64,000 nt of DNA, from NCBI GenBank assembly GCA_035571835.1, contig DATNBU010000037.1:140753-204752 (forward strand), in the 5' to 3' direction. The notes under the pieces are model-generated. The model made no database searches. It was not told the origin of the DNA and worked only from the letters and a program-made list of their open reading frames with translations. Positions 18,521-27,787 of the stretch are shown here, in pieces. The first letter of the stretch is position 1; each line of letters starts with the position of its first letter. The translations under genes were made by a program, and so were the position numbers. Origin of the DNA: Candidatus Limnocylindrales bacterium (lineage in GTDB: Bacteria > Desulfobacterota > Binatia > UBA1149 > CAITLU01).

Positions 18521-19303
18521 GTGCCAGCCGTTCTCCCCATGCCTAACTTCCTCAAGCGATTACTGCTGAGGCATGTTTTAAAGAAACCCTCTCCGGATGT
18601 CGTCCCACGAAGCGGTGAGGCGGCGCGACAAGTTGACTGTCGTGTCGCGTACATTCGCCGAACAGAGCCTGAGCCGGAGGTTCTTGTCCAATCCGCGGGA
18701 GCGTCGGAAGTTACGGGCCTTCGTCGAGAGGCGGGTCGATTTCAAGTACCCTTGTCTCTCAGCTACGAAGATTTTTCAGCTGGGGATGTCGAGATTATCC
18801 ACTGGTATGGATTGACGAGTTTTCGATACGATGGGCTGTGGCGTTACGTCCTCGAAGGATTGACCGGCTTCGATAGAGCAAGCTTTCTCTACGATCGCGC
18901 ACGGCAGTTGGGGTTCAATCGGAAGCCACTACTTCGGTACAGCCTAACTGAATTGCTAGATACCCTTGTGGAAGCCGCACAACTTCATCCAACCGAGGAA
19001 CACTCCTCCGTATCGTTGCTAGTTCGCCGTTACGGCGAACGATGCATAGAGCACCCAGACTGGGAAACCGTCCGCGGGAGCACACAATTGTTTCTCGATG
19101 CGCTTGTGAGTTCTGATTCTTTGGAGCGGACAGCCACTGGCTATCGAGTGAAGCCTAAAGCGGTTCTTGCCCTGGCGGAGTTTCAAGAAGCCGAGCGACG
19201 TCACCGTGAGAACTTCCGTACGGCTAGAGCGATGACTCGTCTCACGGTCGTGCTCGTTATCATCGGAATTGTTCAGGCATACGTGACTTGGATGAGTCCG
19301 TAG
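18521..19303 (+). CDS. Hypothetical membrane-anchored protein (single C-terminal TM helix)
   Basis: 260 aa beginning 20 nt after the previous gene; C-terminal RLTVVLVIIGIVQAYVTWMSP; no recognisable domain. Confidence 0.45.
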   Translation: MPAVLPMPNFLKRLLLRHVLKKPSPDVVPRSGEAARQVDCRVAYIRRTEPEPEVLVQSAGASEVTGLRREAGRFQVPLSLSYEDFSAGDVEIIHWYGLTSFRYDGLWRYVLEGLTGFDRASFLYDRARQLGFNRKPLLRYSLTELLDTLVEAAQLHPTEEHSSVSLLVRRYGERCIEHPDWETVRGSTQLFLDALVSSDSLERTATGYRVKPKAVLALAEFQEAERRHRENFRTARAMTRLTVVLVIIGIVQAYVTWMSP

Positions 19304-19375
19304 TCCTCGGTGGCCGCGAGTGCTCACAAGTTGAGATGGTGAGAAACTAGAACCTTCAGGGCGTGGGCAAGCGTT

Positions 19376-20764
19376 TCATCTTGGCGCATCGGCCAAGTAC
19401 TGATTCACGTCGGTGAACAGCGTCCGAATGGATTCCAGATGCTCCCGCCGAATGGCTTCGTTCTTCTCGTTAAGTAGCCCCTCCACTGCAGCCCGACCAG
19501 GTCTTTCAGTCTTCGTGCGGACATCGTTCGCAGGTTGGGCAAAGAATCTGTAGTCGGGAAACCGTCGCCGAAGCTCACCGACGAGTTCTGCTTTGTCGGC
19601 GTCGAGGATTCCTACAACCTTCGAATAGCCCAACTCCGCCAGGACAGCGGCGAGGTGTGCCATATTCCCCGCTCCTCCAACGCCCCAACCGAAGAAGTCA
19701 CCACCGAGTTGCAGATTGAGTTCCGTGAGCACGACGTCATAGAAGACCACATCCTCCTGTCCTTCGACGAGGACTACCCGATCGTCGACGAAGAAAATCT
19801 CTCTCGCGTTGAGTCCGAGCAAGTGAGGATTGTTTTTATCGCGAAGAAGTCCGTAGAGATGTCCGGCCGTTTCAACCGACAACTGGGAGACTCGCACTCC
19901 ATCCTCACGGAGGTGCGCACGCGCAATCGCCATGCCGCTTTCGAGTGCCCTGAGATCGATCAGGTAGGGCGAGTGCGTTGCGATGACGATCTGACGGCTC
20001 GCCGCGTACTCGAATATTATGTTTGCCAACCGCCGCTGAAGAGCCGGGTGGAGTGAGAGTTCCGGTTCATCGATTATGATGAGGTCGCCGTCTTTCGAAT
20101 CATAGAGCGCGTCTACGATGTAGAGGAGGCTCACCAACCCCTCACCTAACCCTTCGCTGCTATGTGTGCCGCGCGCGTCTTGAAACTTGAGAAAATAAGT
20201 CCCTTGGTCAGTCTGATCGATAGTCCAGTTAGGGAGGGGTGAAACGAGTTTGGAGAATAACTCGTCGAAACCTCCTCGGTCGCGATTAACGGCGAAGAGT
20301 CGGTGAGTCAGCTCATGGAGGTTGGTAGATCGAGAGGACGGAAGCCCCCCAGCGTGCTGCGCATAGTCAACTCTGCTCCACGTCGCTTTGCTGAAGTACG
20401 GGTCGAAGAACCGGCGAGACGGCAGAACGAGCAGTCTCCGAAGCGTTATGAGGTCGCCCGTGGTCTCTCGCTCAGTTTCGCTCTGCCCACGTCGGAGGCT
20501 TCGAAGCGTAGCTATACCACCATCGCACGAAGCGACGATTTCCACCCTATCTCCGGCAGGCAGGTTTCGACGGCCTTGCGAGAACGAAGGAGGTTCCGCC
20601 ATTCGGATCGCGCGGAAGGCCTCGATGATCGTCGTCTTGCCCGAGTTGTTTGCGCCAAGGACCACAGTCAGTCCGCTGCCGGGTGTTCCTGTGGGCTTGG
20701 CAAGGTTGAGCTGCTGGGCTGTCTGGAACCCCCGCAGCCCGTGAATGCGAATGTAGTCGAGCAT
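19376..20764 (-). CDS. OLD-family ATP-dependent endonuclease (AAA ATPase + TOPRIM), class-1 stand-alone
   Basis: Walker A GANNSGKTT; Walker B LIIIDEPELSLHP; C-terminal TOPRIM-like VVLVEGQEDVVFY...GILDADK. Confidence 0.8.
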   Translation of the reverse strand: MLDYIRIHGLRGFQTAQQLNLAKPTGTPGSGLTVVLGANNSGKTTIIEAFRAIRMAEPPSFSQGRRNLPAGDRVEIVASCDGGIATLRSLRRGQSETERETTGDLITLRRLLVLPSRRFFDPYFSKATWSRVDYAQHAGGLPSSRSTNLHELTHRLFAVNRDRGGFDELFSKLVSPLPNWTIDQTDQGTYFLKFQDARGTHSSEGLGEGLVSLLYIVDALYDSKDGDLIIIDEPELSLHPALQRRLANIIFEYAASRQIVIATHSPYLIDLRALESGMAIARAHLREDGVRVSQLSVETAGHLYGLLRDKNNPHLLGLNAREIFFVDDRVVLVEGQEDVVFYDVVLTELNLQLGGDFFGWGVGGAGNMAHLAAVLAELGYSKVVGILDADKAELVGELRRRFPDYRFFAQPANDVRTKTERPGRAAVEGLLNEKNEAIRREHLESIRTLFTDVNQYLADAPR

Positions 20765-20928
20765 CCTCCTACTTTGAGCGGCGGTCCCGCACCCGGCGAA
20801 CTGCGTTGTGCGGATTGCGAGGAGGTAGCCGCAATCGCAGCGTTGGGAGGTGGGGGCAACTTTGGGGGCACTCGGCGAGGCAGAACTCCGACTCTTGCCG
20901 CGAGGTCAGGTACTTACCGCATCAATGC

Positions 20929-20950
20929 GATTCCAGGTGCGCACCATCTT
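20929..20950 (+). repeat. attR-like imperfect direct repeat of the tRNA-Val 3' end
   Basis: gattccaggtgcgcaccatctt versus tRNA aatccaggtgcgaccaccatctt. Confidence 0.6.
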
Positions 20951-21068
20951 CTAACGGTCTATTCCGGTCACATAGGTTCATTTCATACCGGACACACTAC
21001 CGGCTCGTTGTCGCCAACCGTTCGACCAGATCTTCGATCCTGGCCCGAAGCGCCGAACGCGATGGGAA

Positions 21069-21515
21069 CTAGTGATCTCGCATTGCGGGGAATCCCTGCC
21101 AGACTTCGCTGTTGCGCACCGCAGCCTGGACGTCGGTTGGAAGCACCGTATCGTCGGTACTCTGGACGACGACGACGCGCTCAGCGTCCTTCACATCCTC
21201 CGGGGAGACGACGTGCGGTCGGTAGCCATCGAGGCGGAATCCGTCGACCGCCAGAGCGAACATCATGCGGTACGGTACGGCGGAATAGCTAGCGATAGCC
21301 GCCCGTGCGATGGCGCGCTCAGGAAGGCCGCGCGCCGATGCGAGCCGGTTGAAATAGGCGGCGGACCACACACTCATGGACACCCCGTTCCGGCACACGA
21401 ATACGACTTGCGCCGAGTCGCGTGCCACTTCGATTGGCTGGGCTTTCGTCGCAAAAGCAGCGGAAGCGGCGAGCAGCAACACGACGCCCACGACGAGAAC
21501 AGATTTGGACTTCAT
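21069..21515 (-). CDS. Secreted hypothetical protein
   Basis: Signal peptide MKSKSVLVVGVVLLLAASAAFA; 148 aa. Confidence 0.5.
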   Translation of the reverse strand: MKSKSVLVVGVVLLLAASAAFATKAQPIEVARDSAQVVFVCRNGVSMSVWSAAYFNRLASARGLPERAIARAAIASYSAVPYRMMFALAVDGFRLDGYRPHVVSPEDVKDAERVVVVQSTDDTVLPTDVQAAVRNSEVWQGFPAMRDH

Positions 21516-21770
21516 GGATCTGAAAACGATCGAAGCGGAGAAATCGTTACAAGGCTCGGTACTGGCGCAACTCGGCCGAATGACCGCCCACGCTTGGGAC
21601 TGCGATATAGAACCACTGGAAGCGGCTCGCAGAACGGCAGAGTTAGAAGACGAGCGGTGCCACACACGTGTCGATCTCTAGCGTCGCGAGCGGGACGAGC
21701 AGTGCTGCGCCCGGCGTACTCACGCATTGACCGCGCGAGCACGCAGGGGCCGCCTCGTAGAGCGAGCTAT

Positions 21771-22949
21771 CTACTCGCAATTCTCCGGGTAGAGCTCGCA
21801 GTGCTGAGGATTGCATCGGGACTGGCAATCCGGACCGGTGCAGTCGCGATCGTACAGCAATCCGATGTAGCACCACAGAGTCAGTTCCGTCTGGAGGTAC
21901 CTGAAGCGGAAGTACAGAACCGTGGGCGCTGGCGTGATCTCTTCGCCATCGAGCGGTAGCGGTGTGACCGTGAGGCGCACCCGCCAGTACGTGTCGGTGC
22001 CGGCATCGGTATCTTCCAGACTCGGGAGGCCGCTCGGCGGAATTTTCAGTACGGGCGAATTGGCGTGGGCGGTGAGCCATGGCATCTGTACCGGGCCTCC
22101 CTGCAGCGTCGATGGGAAAAGGATTTCCCACTGGTACGACAGTGCGGCGTTAACCTGCGAACAGACTCGTTCGTCGATAGTCCGGTCGGCATAGAGGAAC
22201 TGACCCTCGATATCGTCGCCCGATCCGTCAAGATCAGCGACAGTCTTGCATCCGCCGGCGCTCGGGGTTTGCATCCCACAATCCGGCCAAAAGCCCTCTT
22301 CCCGCACGAGCTCGTAAAAATCCGTACCCCGATCGATCTCGACGACGATGTCAGGACTGCCGTCGCCGCACAAAAGCGGCAGCGTCGTCGTCGTGGTGGT
22401 CGACGTGGTCGTGCTCGTTGTCGAAGTCGTCGAGGTCGTCGGCGGAGGCGGGAAGCACACGCCGGAGTCGTTGGCATCGACGGCGTAGTCGCCGTTGGTG
22501 TCCGCTCCGTCGATGCAGGTCGGCCGGTTGAAGCACACGTCGCCGGAGCGCTCCTGGCAGTCGGTTGCAGTTCTGATCTTGCAGCGGACCTTGCCGGCGG
22601 CGCTCTGCTCCACACATGGAGCCAGCTCGTCGCTGCCGATTCCGCAAACGGACGTCGCGTACATTTTCTTGAGCAAGCCTTTGCAGGTTTTGTTCAGGCC
22701 TTCCCTTTCGATGGCCAGATTGATCTGCCCGGCGACGCATCGTTTGAACTCGGCGCGCCCCTTCCCGTCGCTGCCATCGTACTGTGCGCAGGGACAGGCC
22801 AGATCGATCCAGCCCCTTGTCGATTCCATCAATCCGCCGTCCAGAAACGTCGGATCGCAAGGCTCGGCTGCGCGCGCCGGAGCGGCAGCGGCAGCGATGA
22901 GGACGAATGCCACAAGGAACGACCGGAAACGGTTGCTGTTCGCTTTCAT
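21771..22949 (-). CDS. Secreted cysteine-rich protein with a Thr/Ser-rich linker
   Basis: Signal peptide FLVAFVLIAAAAAPARA; 30+ Cys; PPPPTTSTTSTTSTTTSTTTTTT linker. Confidence 0.65.
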   Translation of the reverse strand: MKANSNRFRSFLVAFVLIAAAAAPARAAEPCDPTFLDGGLMESTRGWIDLACPCAQYDGSDGKGRAEFKRCVAGQINLAIEREGLNKTCKGLLKKMYATSVCGIGSDELAPCVEQSAAGKVRCKIRTATDCQERSGDVCFNRPTCIDGADTNGDYAVDANDSGVCFPPPPTTSTTSTTSTTTSTTTTTTLPLLCGDGSPDIVVEIDRGTDFYELVREEGFWPDCGMQTPSAGGCKTVADLDGSGDDIEGQFLYADRTIDERVCSQVNAALSYQWEILFPSTLQGGPVQMPWLTAHANSPVLKIPPSGLPSLEDTDAGTDTYWRVRLTVTPLPLDGEEITPAPTVLYFRFRYLQTELTLWCYIGLLYDRDCTGPDCQSRCNPQHCELYPENCE

Positions 22950-23317
22950 GAAACTCTCTCCCCTCGCCGAAACTTCGGCGGTTATTTCGTTGCAGGTTCC
23001 GAGACGACGGCCGGTTCGAGCGTGCCTCGCATGAAGTCGATCAGCTCGGCGGCGGAGCCGAATCTCGTCGCTCGTCCCGAGCTGACGTGCTCGACGCGTC
23101 CGTGTACGGCTTCCGTCTCGAGGAGGTGCACTACGAAGGCCTGCTCGGCACAGAGCCCGGGGCGGCCGGTTCGTCGCGGATCGTTCATGGGTGCAGGCTA
23201 AACTTCGGCCGGCCGGCGAGTCTTCACGAAACCTTCACGTTTGCGTCACGTTGAACCCGCCCCCGTTTCAGCCGCATCGGTCTACGTTGTTGGACTGCCC
23301 GCCCGGCTGGATGGTAA

Positions 23318-26263
23318 GTGGGCGGAATGCCTGAGGCCGATCGCGAAGCACCGCGCATCGACGACACCGCGGAATGCATCTGGCGCGACGGCGAAAAGAT
23401 CGGCGTCCCTCCGAAGGCCTTCCTCGTGTTGCGGCGACTGATGGAACGGCCGGGGCAGCTCGTCACGAAGAGCGACCTGCTGGATACGGTATGGCCGGGC
23501 ACCTTCATCACCGAGACTGTGCTCAACAATGCCGTCGGCCAGCTTCGTCAGGCTCTCGGCGACGACACACGGCGGCCGAGGTTCATCGAGACCGTTCACC
23601 GACGCGGCTTCCGATGGATCGGGCCGTCACAAACTGCCTCCGCGCTGCCACCGGCTGCGATCGGTGACGAGATCGGTGTCGGCTTCGCGGCCGCCGACGA
23701 TTTCGTTGGTCGCGCGGAGACCCTTGCCGAGCTTGCGCGTCATCTTGCGCGCGCGGCCGCGCGTCAGCGCCAGCTCGTTTTCGTGACCGGCGAGCCGGGC
23801 ATCGGAAAGTCCGCTCTGGTCGAAAACTTTCTCCGTGGACTCGCCGCGTCCGATCCTGCGAGCGTCAACGTCGGGCGTGGAGAGTGCATCGAAGCTTACG
23901 GCGTCGGCGACCTGTACCGACCGGTGCGCGATGCGGTCGAGCAGATGCTGCAGCGAAGCGGCCCCGACACGCTGCGGGCGTTTCGCCGGCACGCTCCGAG
24001 CTGGCTGCTTTCGATGCCCGAGCTTTCGAGCGCTGCCGAGCTCGAGGAGCTTCGTCGCGCCGTCATCGGCGCGACCAGCGACAGTGTGCAGCGCGAGCTC
24101 GAACGTGCGCTAGAAGCAGCGAGCACCAGGGCTGTCGTCGTGCTCGTCATCGAAGACCTGCACTGGAGCGATCCTGCGACGGTATCGCTTCTATGGAGCC
24201 TGGCGGCGCGGCGCGAACCCGCGAGGCTGCTGATCGTCGGCACCTACCGGTCCGTCGACGCCATTGCGCAGCAGCACCCGATCATCCGGATGAAGCATGA
24301 GCTGAGCGCGAAGCGGCTATGCGTCGAAATCGCGCTCGAGGGGCTTTCGATCGACGGCGTCACATCCTTTCTCGACCTGCAGTTTTCCGGGCACCAGTTT
24401 CCGGCCGGGCTTGCGATCCCGCTTCACGAACAGAGCGCGGGCAATCCGCTGTTTCTGCTGAACGCTCTCGACGACTTCCGTCAGCGCGGATGGCTACGCG
24501 AAGAGGACGACGTCTGGCGATGCACCGTCGATCTCGACTCGATCGTGGCCTCGGTTCCCGAGAGCACGCGCGAGCTGGTCGGTTTTCGTATCGAGCAGCT
24601 GCCGGCAGCGACACGCATGCTTCTCGAGGCAGCCAGCATCGTCGGAGCGGGATTCGCCGCGCAGGCCGTCGCTGCAGCCGAGGGCGGCACGTGCGCGGAT
24701 GTGGAAACGCAGCTCGAGCCGCTGGCGCGGGCTGGGCAGTTCATCGAGAGCAGCGGCGAGGTCGTCTGGCCAAACGGCATTCGTGGTCGCGAGTATCGAT
24801 TTCGACACGCGCTCTACCGGCAGGTTCTCAGTCGCCACGTCACGCCGGCACGGCGCGCGCTTCTGCACCAGCGCATCGCGAGCGCTCTGGAAAGCGCGTA
24901 TGGCGAGCGCTGCAATGAAATTGCGGGACAGCTCAGTGTGCATTTCGAGCAGGCCGGCGACGCTGTGCGCGCGGCCGAGTACATCGACGTCCTCGCGAAG
25001 CAGGCCTACTCGCGTTCGGCCACCCACGAAGCCGAGGCGATGTACCGGCACGCCGTCGCGTTGCTGAAAAGCGGCCCGATGACTCCGGCGCGGCAGGAAC
25101 GGCTGCTCAAGTCGATGACTGCGCTCGGCATCGCGATGAGCACCGTGCACGGGCTCGGTAGCGCCGAAGCCGCCGAAGTATGGCAGGAAGCGCGCGAGCT
25201 CGGGCGGGCGCTGAACAGGACACCGGAGTACGTGGCGTCGCTCAGCGCGACGATCATGGCCAGGACCTATATGGGACAGGTCCGGGAAGCGCTGGCCATT
25301 GCTCAGGAAAGCCTCCTGCTCGCCGGAAGCGATCAATCGTCCAGTGCCGTCACCGTCGCGCACATGTCGATGGGGCAGAGCCTGCTGTATCTCGGCGAGA
25401 TCGACGCGGCGCTCGTCCATTCCGAGCGCGCTGTCGCATCGATCGATCTCGAAGCGCCCGAAGCGCTCCGCCTTGACGCTTCCGGCTACGATCCGTCGGC
25501 GCCGGCGACGCTTTCGCGAGGATGGTGTCTGGTCCTTGCCGGGCGCCTGCGCGAAGGAAGAGCGTTGACCGAGTCGGCGATCCGCATGGCTCGCGCCAAG
25601 CAGCAACCGTTCTATCTGATCTTCAACGTGAGCATGGCGGGACTGGTCGCGCTGATCCTCCGGGATCCTGCTCGGGCTCACGAGCTGGCGGCCGAGGCGC
25701 TGGCTATTGGCGAAGAAAACTCGCTGCCGTACGGCCGGGAGATGAACCAGATCGTCTGCGGCTGGGCCGACGTTCGCCGCACTCTCGATCCGAAACCGCT
25801 CGGCCGGATGCGCGAGATCCTCGACTCCATTCTCGGGACAGGGACGCTGCAGGTTTCGCGCGGATGCAGCATGTTCGCCGACGCGTGTCTGGCGGCGGGC
25901 CGCATCGACGATGCCTGCGAAGCGAACACTGCGGCGTTCGAAACGCGTGGGGAAGGACGCTTCTACGACGCCGAGTTGTTGCGCCAGCGCGCGGCGATCG
26001 TGCTGGCTCGTTCGAAGCAGGGCGGTTCGAGCTCCGAGCAGGCCGGAGAGCTGCTCGAGCAGGCGATCAACGTGGCGCACTCGCAGGGCGCGAAGCTGTT
26101 CGAGCTGCGCGCTCTCGTCGAGCTTTGCAGACTGCGGTCGAGCGACGGCTGGCGCGATGAGGCGCGCCAGCGACTCGAGGCTGTGATCGGCAGCGTCGAT
26201 GGTGACGACGATGAAATCGACCTGCGGGAGGCGCGTGAGGTGCTCGAAGAAATGAGGCGTTGA
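23318..26263 (+). CDS. Transcriptional regulator: OmpR/CadC-type winged-helix DNA-binding N-terminus fused to a STAND/AAA ATPase and a TPR-like C-terminal region
   Basis: trans_reg_C-like VPPKAFLVLRRLMERPGQLVTKSDLLDTVWPG...RRGFRWIG; Walker A VFVTGEPGIGKSAL; 981 aa. Confidence 0.8.
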   Translation: MGGMPEADREAPRIDDTAECIWRDGEKIGVPPKAFLVLRRLMERPGQLVTKSDLLDTVWPGTFITETVLNNAVGQLRQALGDDTRRPRFIETVHRRGFRWIGPSQTASALPPAAIGDEIGVGFAAADDFVGRAETLAELARHLARAAARQRQLVFVTGEPGIGKSALVENFLRGLAASDPASVNVGRGECIEAYGVGDLYRPVRDAVEQMLQRSGPDTLRAFRRHAPSWLLSMPELSSAAELEELRRAVIGATSDSVQRELERALEAASTRAVVVLVIEDLHWSDPATVSLLWSLAARREPARLLIVGTYRSVDAIAQQHPIIRMKHELSAKRLCVEIALEGLSIDGVTSFLDLQFSGHQFPAGLAIPLHEQSAGNPLFLLNALDDFRQRGWLREEDDVWRCTVDLDSIVASVPESTRELVGFRIEQLPAATRMLLEAASIVGAGFAAQAVAAAEGGTCADVETQLEPLARAGQFIESSGEVVWPNGIRGREYRFRHALYRQVLSRHVTPARRALLHQRIASALESAYGERCNEIAGQLSVHFEQAGDAVRAAEYIDVLAKQAYSRSATHEAEAMYRHAVALLKSGPMTPARQERLLKSMTALGIAMSTVHGLGSAEAAEVWQEARELGRALNRTPEYVASLSATIMARTYMGQVREALAIAQESLLLAGSDQSSSAVTVAHMSMGQSLLYLGEIDAALVHSERAVASIDLEAPEALRLDASGYDPSAPATLSRGWCLVLAGRLREGRALTESAIRMARAKQQPFYLIFNVSMAGLVALILRDPARAHELAAEALAIGEENSLPYGREMNQIVCGWADVRRTLDPKPLGRMREILDSILGTGTLQVSRGCSMFADACLAAGRIDDACEANTAAFETRGEGRFYDAELLRQRAAIVLARSKQGGSSSEQAGELLEQAINVAHSQGAKLFELRALVELCRLRSSDGWRDEARQRLEAVIGSVDGDDDEIDLREAREVLEEMRR

Positions 26264-26539
26264 AATTCCGTCTGAGCCGCGCGCAAGAGCCTCGTCGCCG
26301 TCTCGCAGGGGCGTGTCCGACGCTGGTAATCTGAGTTAGGCAGCGTGGTGCGGCAGTTCCCGCATTCGCGGACGCCAACGCAACTTCACCGCCTGCCTCC
26401 AATTCGTTGATGATTGACGGTGCGGCTAGTATCGGACGCGAACCCCGTGTCGTGGCGATGCTGTCCACAGATCTCTACCATCCTCCGTTCGTCCGCTCCG
26501 CCACCCGCGACCGGCGTTCACGGACTCGTAAAGTAGGGT

Positions 26540-26944
26540 TTGTTTATGGTCGATAGAGAACATCTCCGATTCCCAGCGCGCGATCTGAAGCCGTACATAA
26601 GACACGTATCGATAAGAAAGCTGGAAGTTGGCGTTCCGTATTTCCACATCGCGTACATGGACGAAACGATGCTCGTGCCCGAGCTGACACCGCTAATTTT
26701 TGCCGGACGAAATCTAAGCCCCGACGATCACAATCGACGCCCCGCGCTTTTTTATTTCCAGGATTTTGCGTCCTACTCGGCGGGTATCCGGTATGACACA
26801 TTCCACGGCGGCTCGGACGAAGAGTGCGAGTTCGATCCAGTCTGGAACTGCTATGAGGAACGCGGAGCCACTGTCAGTGGAATCTGCGAGTTCGAGGAGG
26901 CCATCAACTGCCTTCTTCGGTGTTCTCTGCGTCGGAGCGGCTAG
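26540..26944 (+). CDS. Hypothetical protein (low-GC ORF)
   Basis: 134 aa; clearly lower GC than its flanks; no recognisable motif. Confidence 0.35.
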   Translation: MFMVDREHLRFPARDLKPYIRHVSIRKLEVGVPYFHIAYMDETMLVPELTPLIFAGRNLSPDDHNRRPALFYFQDFASYSAGIRYDTFHGGSDEECEFDPVWNCYEERGATVSGICEFEEAINCLLRCSLRRSG

Positions 26945-26998
26945 CGTCGGACCACAATGGTAGTCCGGTGAACGCGCGGAGCGGTGGAACTCCCACCG

Positions 26999-27787
26999 CT
27001 AGCGACCCCGCAGCGCCTCCGACGCGCGCTGCGCACCCTCTAGCCGGCGATTCACCTCATCCCAATTCACGTTCGCGAAGAACGCATCGATGTATTTCGC
27101 TGCAGCTGCACCGTAGTCCATCTGGTAGCTGTGCTCGTACATGTCGAGGACGAGCAGGGGAACGCTCGTCGCCAGAACCTGCGTATGATTGCCGCCCGCG
27201 AAAGTACGCAGTGCGCCGGTGTCGAGCTCATAGCCTAGGATCGCCCAACCGCTGCCGCCGCCGAGCCCCATCGCAGTAACGCGGATCTGCTCCTCCCAGT
27301 GCGCCGTCGTTCCGTAGGCCGCAGCGATTGCCGATTCGATCGCGCCCGACCTTTTGCCGTTGCCGCCGAGATTCGCGAAGTATGCCTCGTGCAGCGTCTT
27401 CGAATTGCGGAACGTGAGCTCTCGGTCGCGAAGCGCCGCGACAATCGGAGGAGGCGTTTCGGCGTTGATCTTCGACAGCTCCTGCTCGATGCGGTTCAGG
27501 TTCTTGACCGCACCACCATAGTTGTTTTCGTGGTGCGACGTGATCATCCGTTCCGAAAGGCCGCTCAGCGAACCTGCGGCGAACGGAAGCGGAGTCACCG
27601 TATTGCTGCCCGTGAGCGCGACAGGTGTGCTCATGTCGTGATCTCCTGAGGTTTGACCTGCATTGGAAGCAAGTGCGTCGATGCACGCCGTTCCCGCGAC
27701 AAGCGCCGCACTTCCGACTGCGATGACGGTAAGCGCCTCCCGGCGCGTGAGCAATGGATCGAATGGCTTGCGGGTGGAGCGGGACAT
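26999..27787 (-). CDS. Fe/Mn-family superoxide dismutase, Tat-exported
   Basis: Tat motif TRREALTVIAVGSAAL; SOD C-terminal signature DMYEHSYQMDYG...NVNWDEVNRR. Confidence 0.75.
   Translation of the reverse strand: MSRSTRKPFDPLLTRREALTVIAVGSAALVAGTACIDALASNAGQTSGDHDMSTPVALTGSNTVTPLPFAAGSLSGLSERMITSHHENNYGGAVKNLNRIEQELSKINAETPPPIVAALRDRELTFRNSKTLHEAYFANLGGNGKRSGAIESAIAAAYGTTAHWEEQIRVTAMGLGGGSGWAILGYELDTGALRTFAGGNHTQVLATSVPLLVLDMYEHSYQMDYGAAAAKYIDAFFANVNWDEVNRRLEGAQRASEALRGR

Larger units (their letters stand above)
15147..20950. mobile_element. tRNA-Val-associated genomic (defence) island, ~5.8 kb, with a degraded integrase and lower GC than its flanks
   Basis: Begins at the tRNA 3' end and ends at the imperfect direct repeat GATTCCAGGTGCGCACCATCTT (20929..20950; tRNA end is AATCCAGGTGCGACCACCATCTT). 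Cargo: integrase remnant, deaminase-domain protein, two hypothetical genes, OLD-family nuclease. Confidence 0.7.

Noticed and set aside
21069-21515. Low-molecular-weight protein tyrosine phosphatase (VFVCRNGVSMS resembles the CX5R loop)
   Set aside because: The Arg of CX5R is missing (C-R-N-G-V-S-M); kept only as a secreted hypothetical protein.
22982-23188. 68-aa minus-strand ORF upstream of the secreted Cys-rich gene
   Set aside because: No RBS, no motif, and it lies in the divergent promoter region; insufficient support.
24494-26080. 528-aa minus-strand ORF inside the regulator gene
   Set aside because: Antisense of 23318..26263, which has clear wHTH and Walker A motifs.
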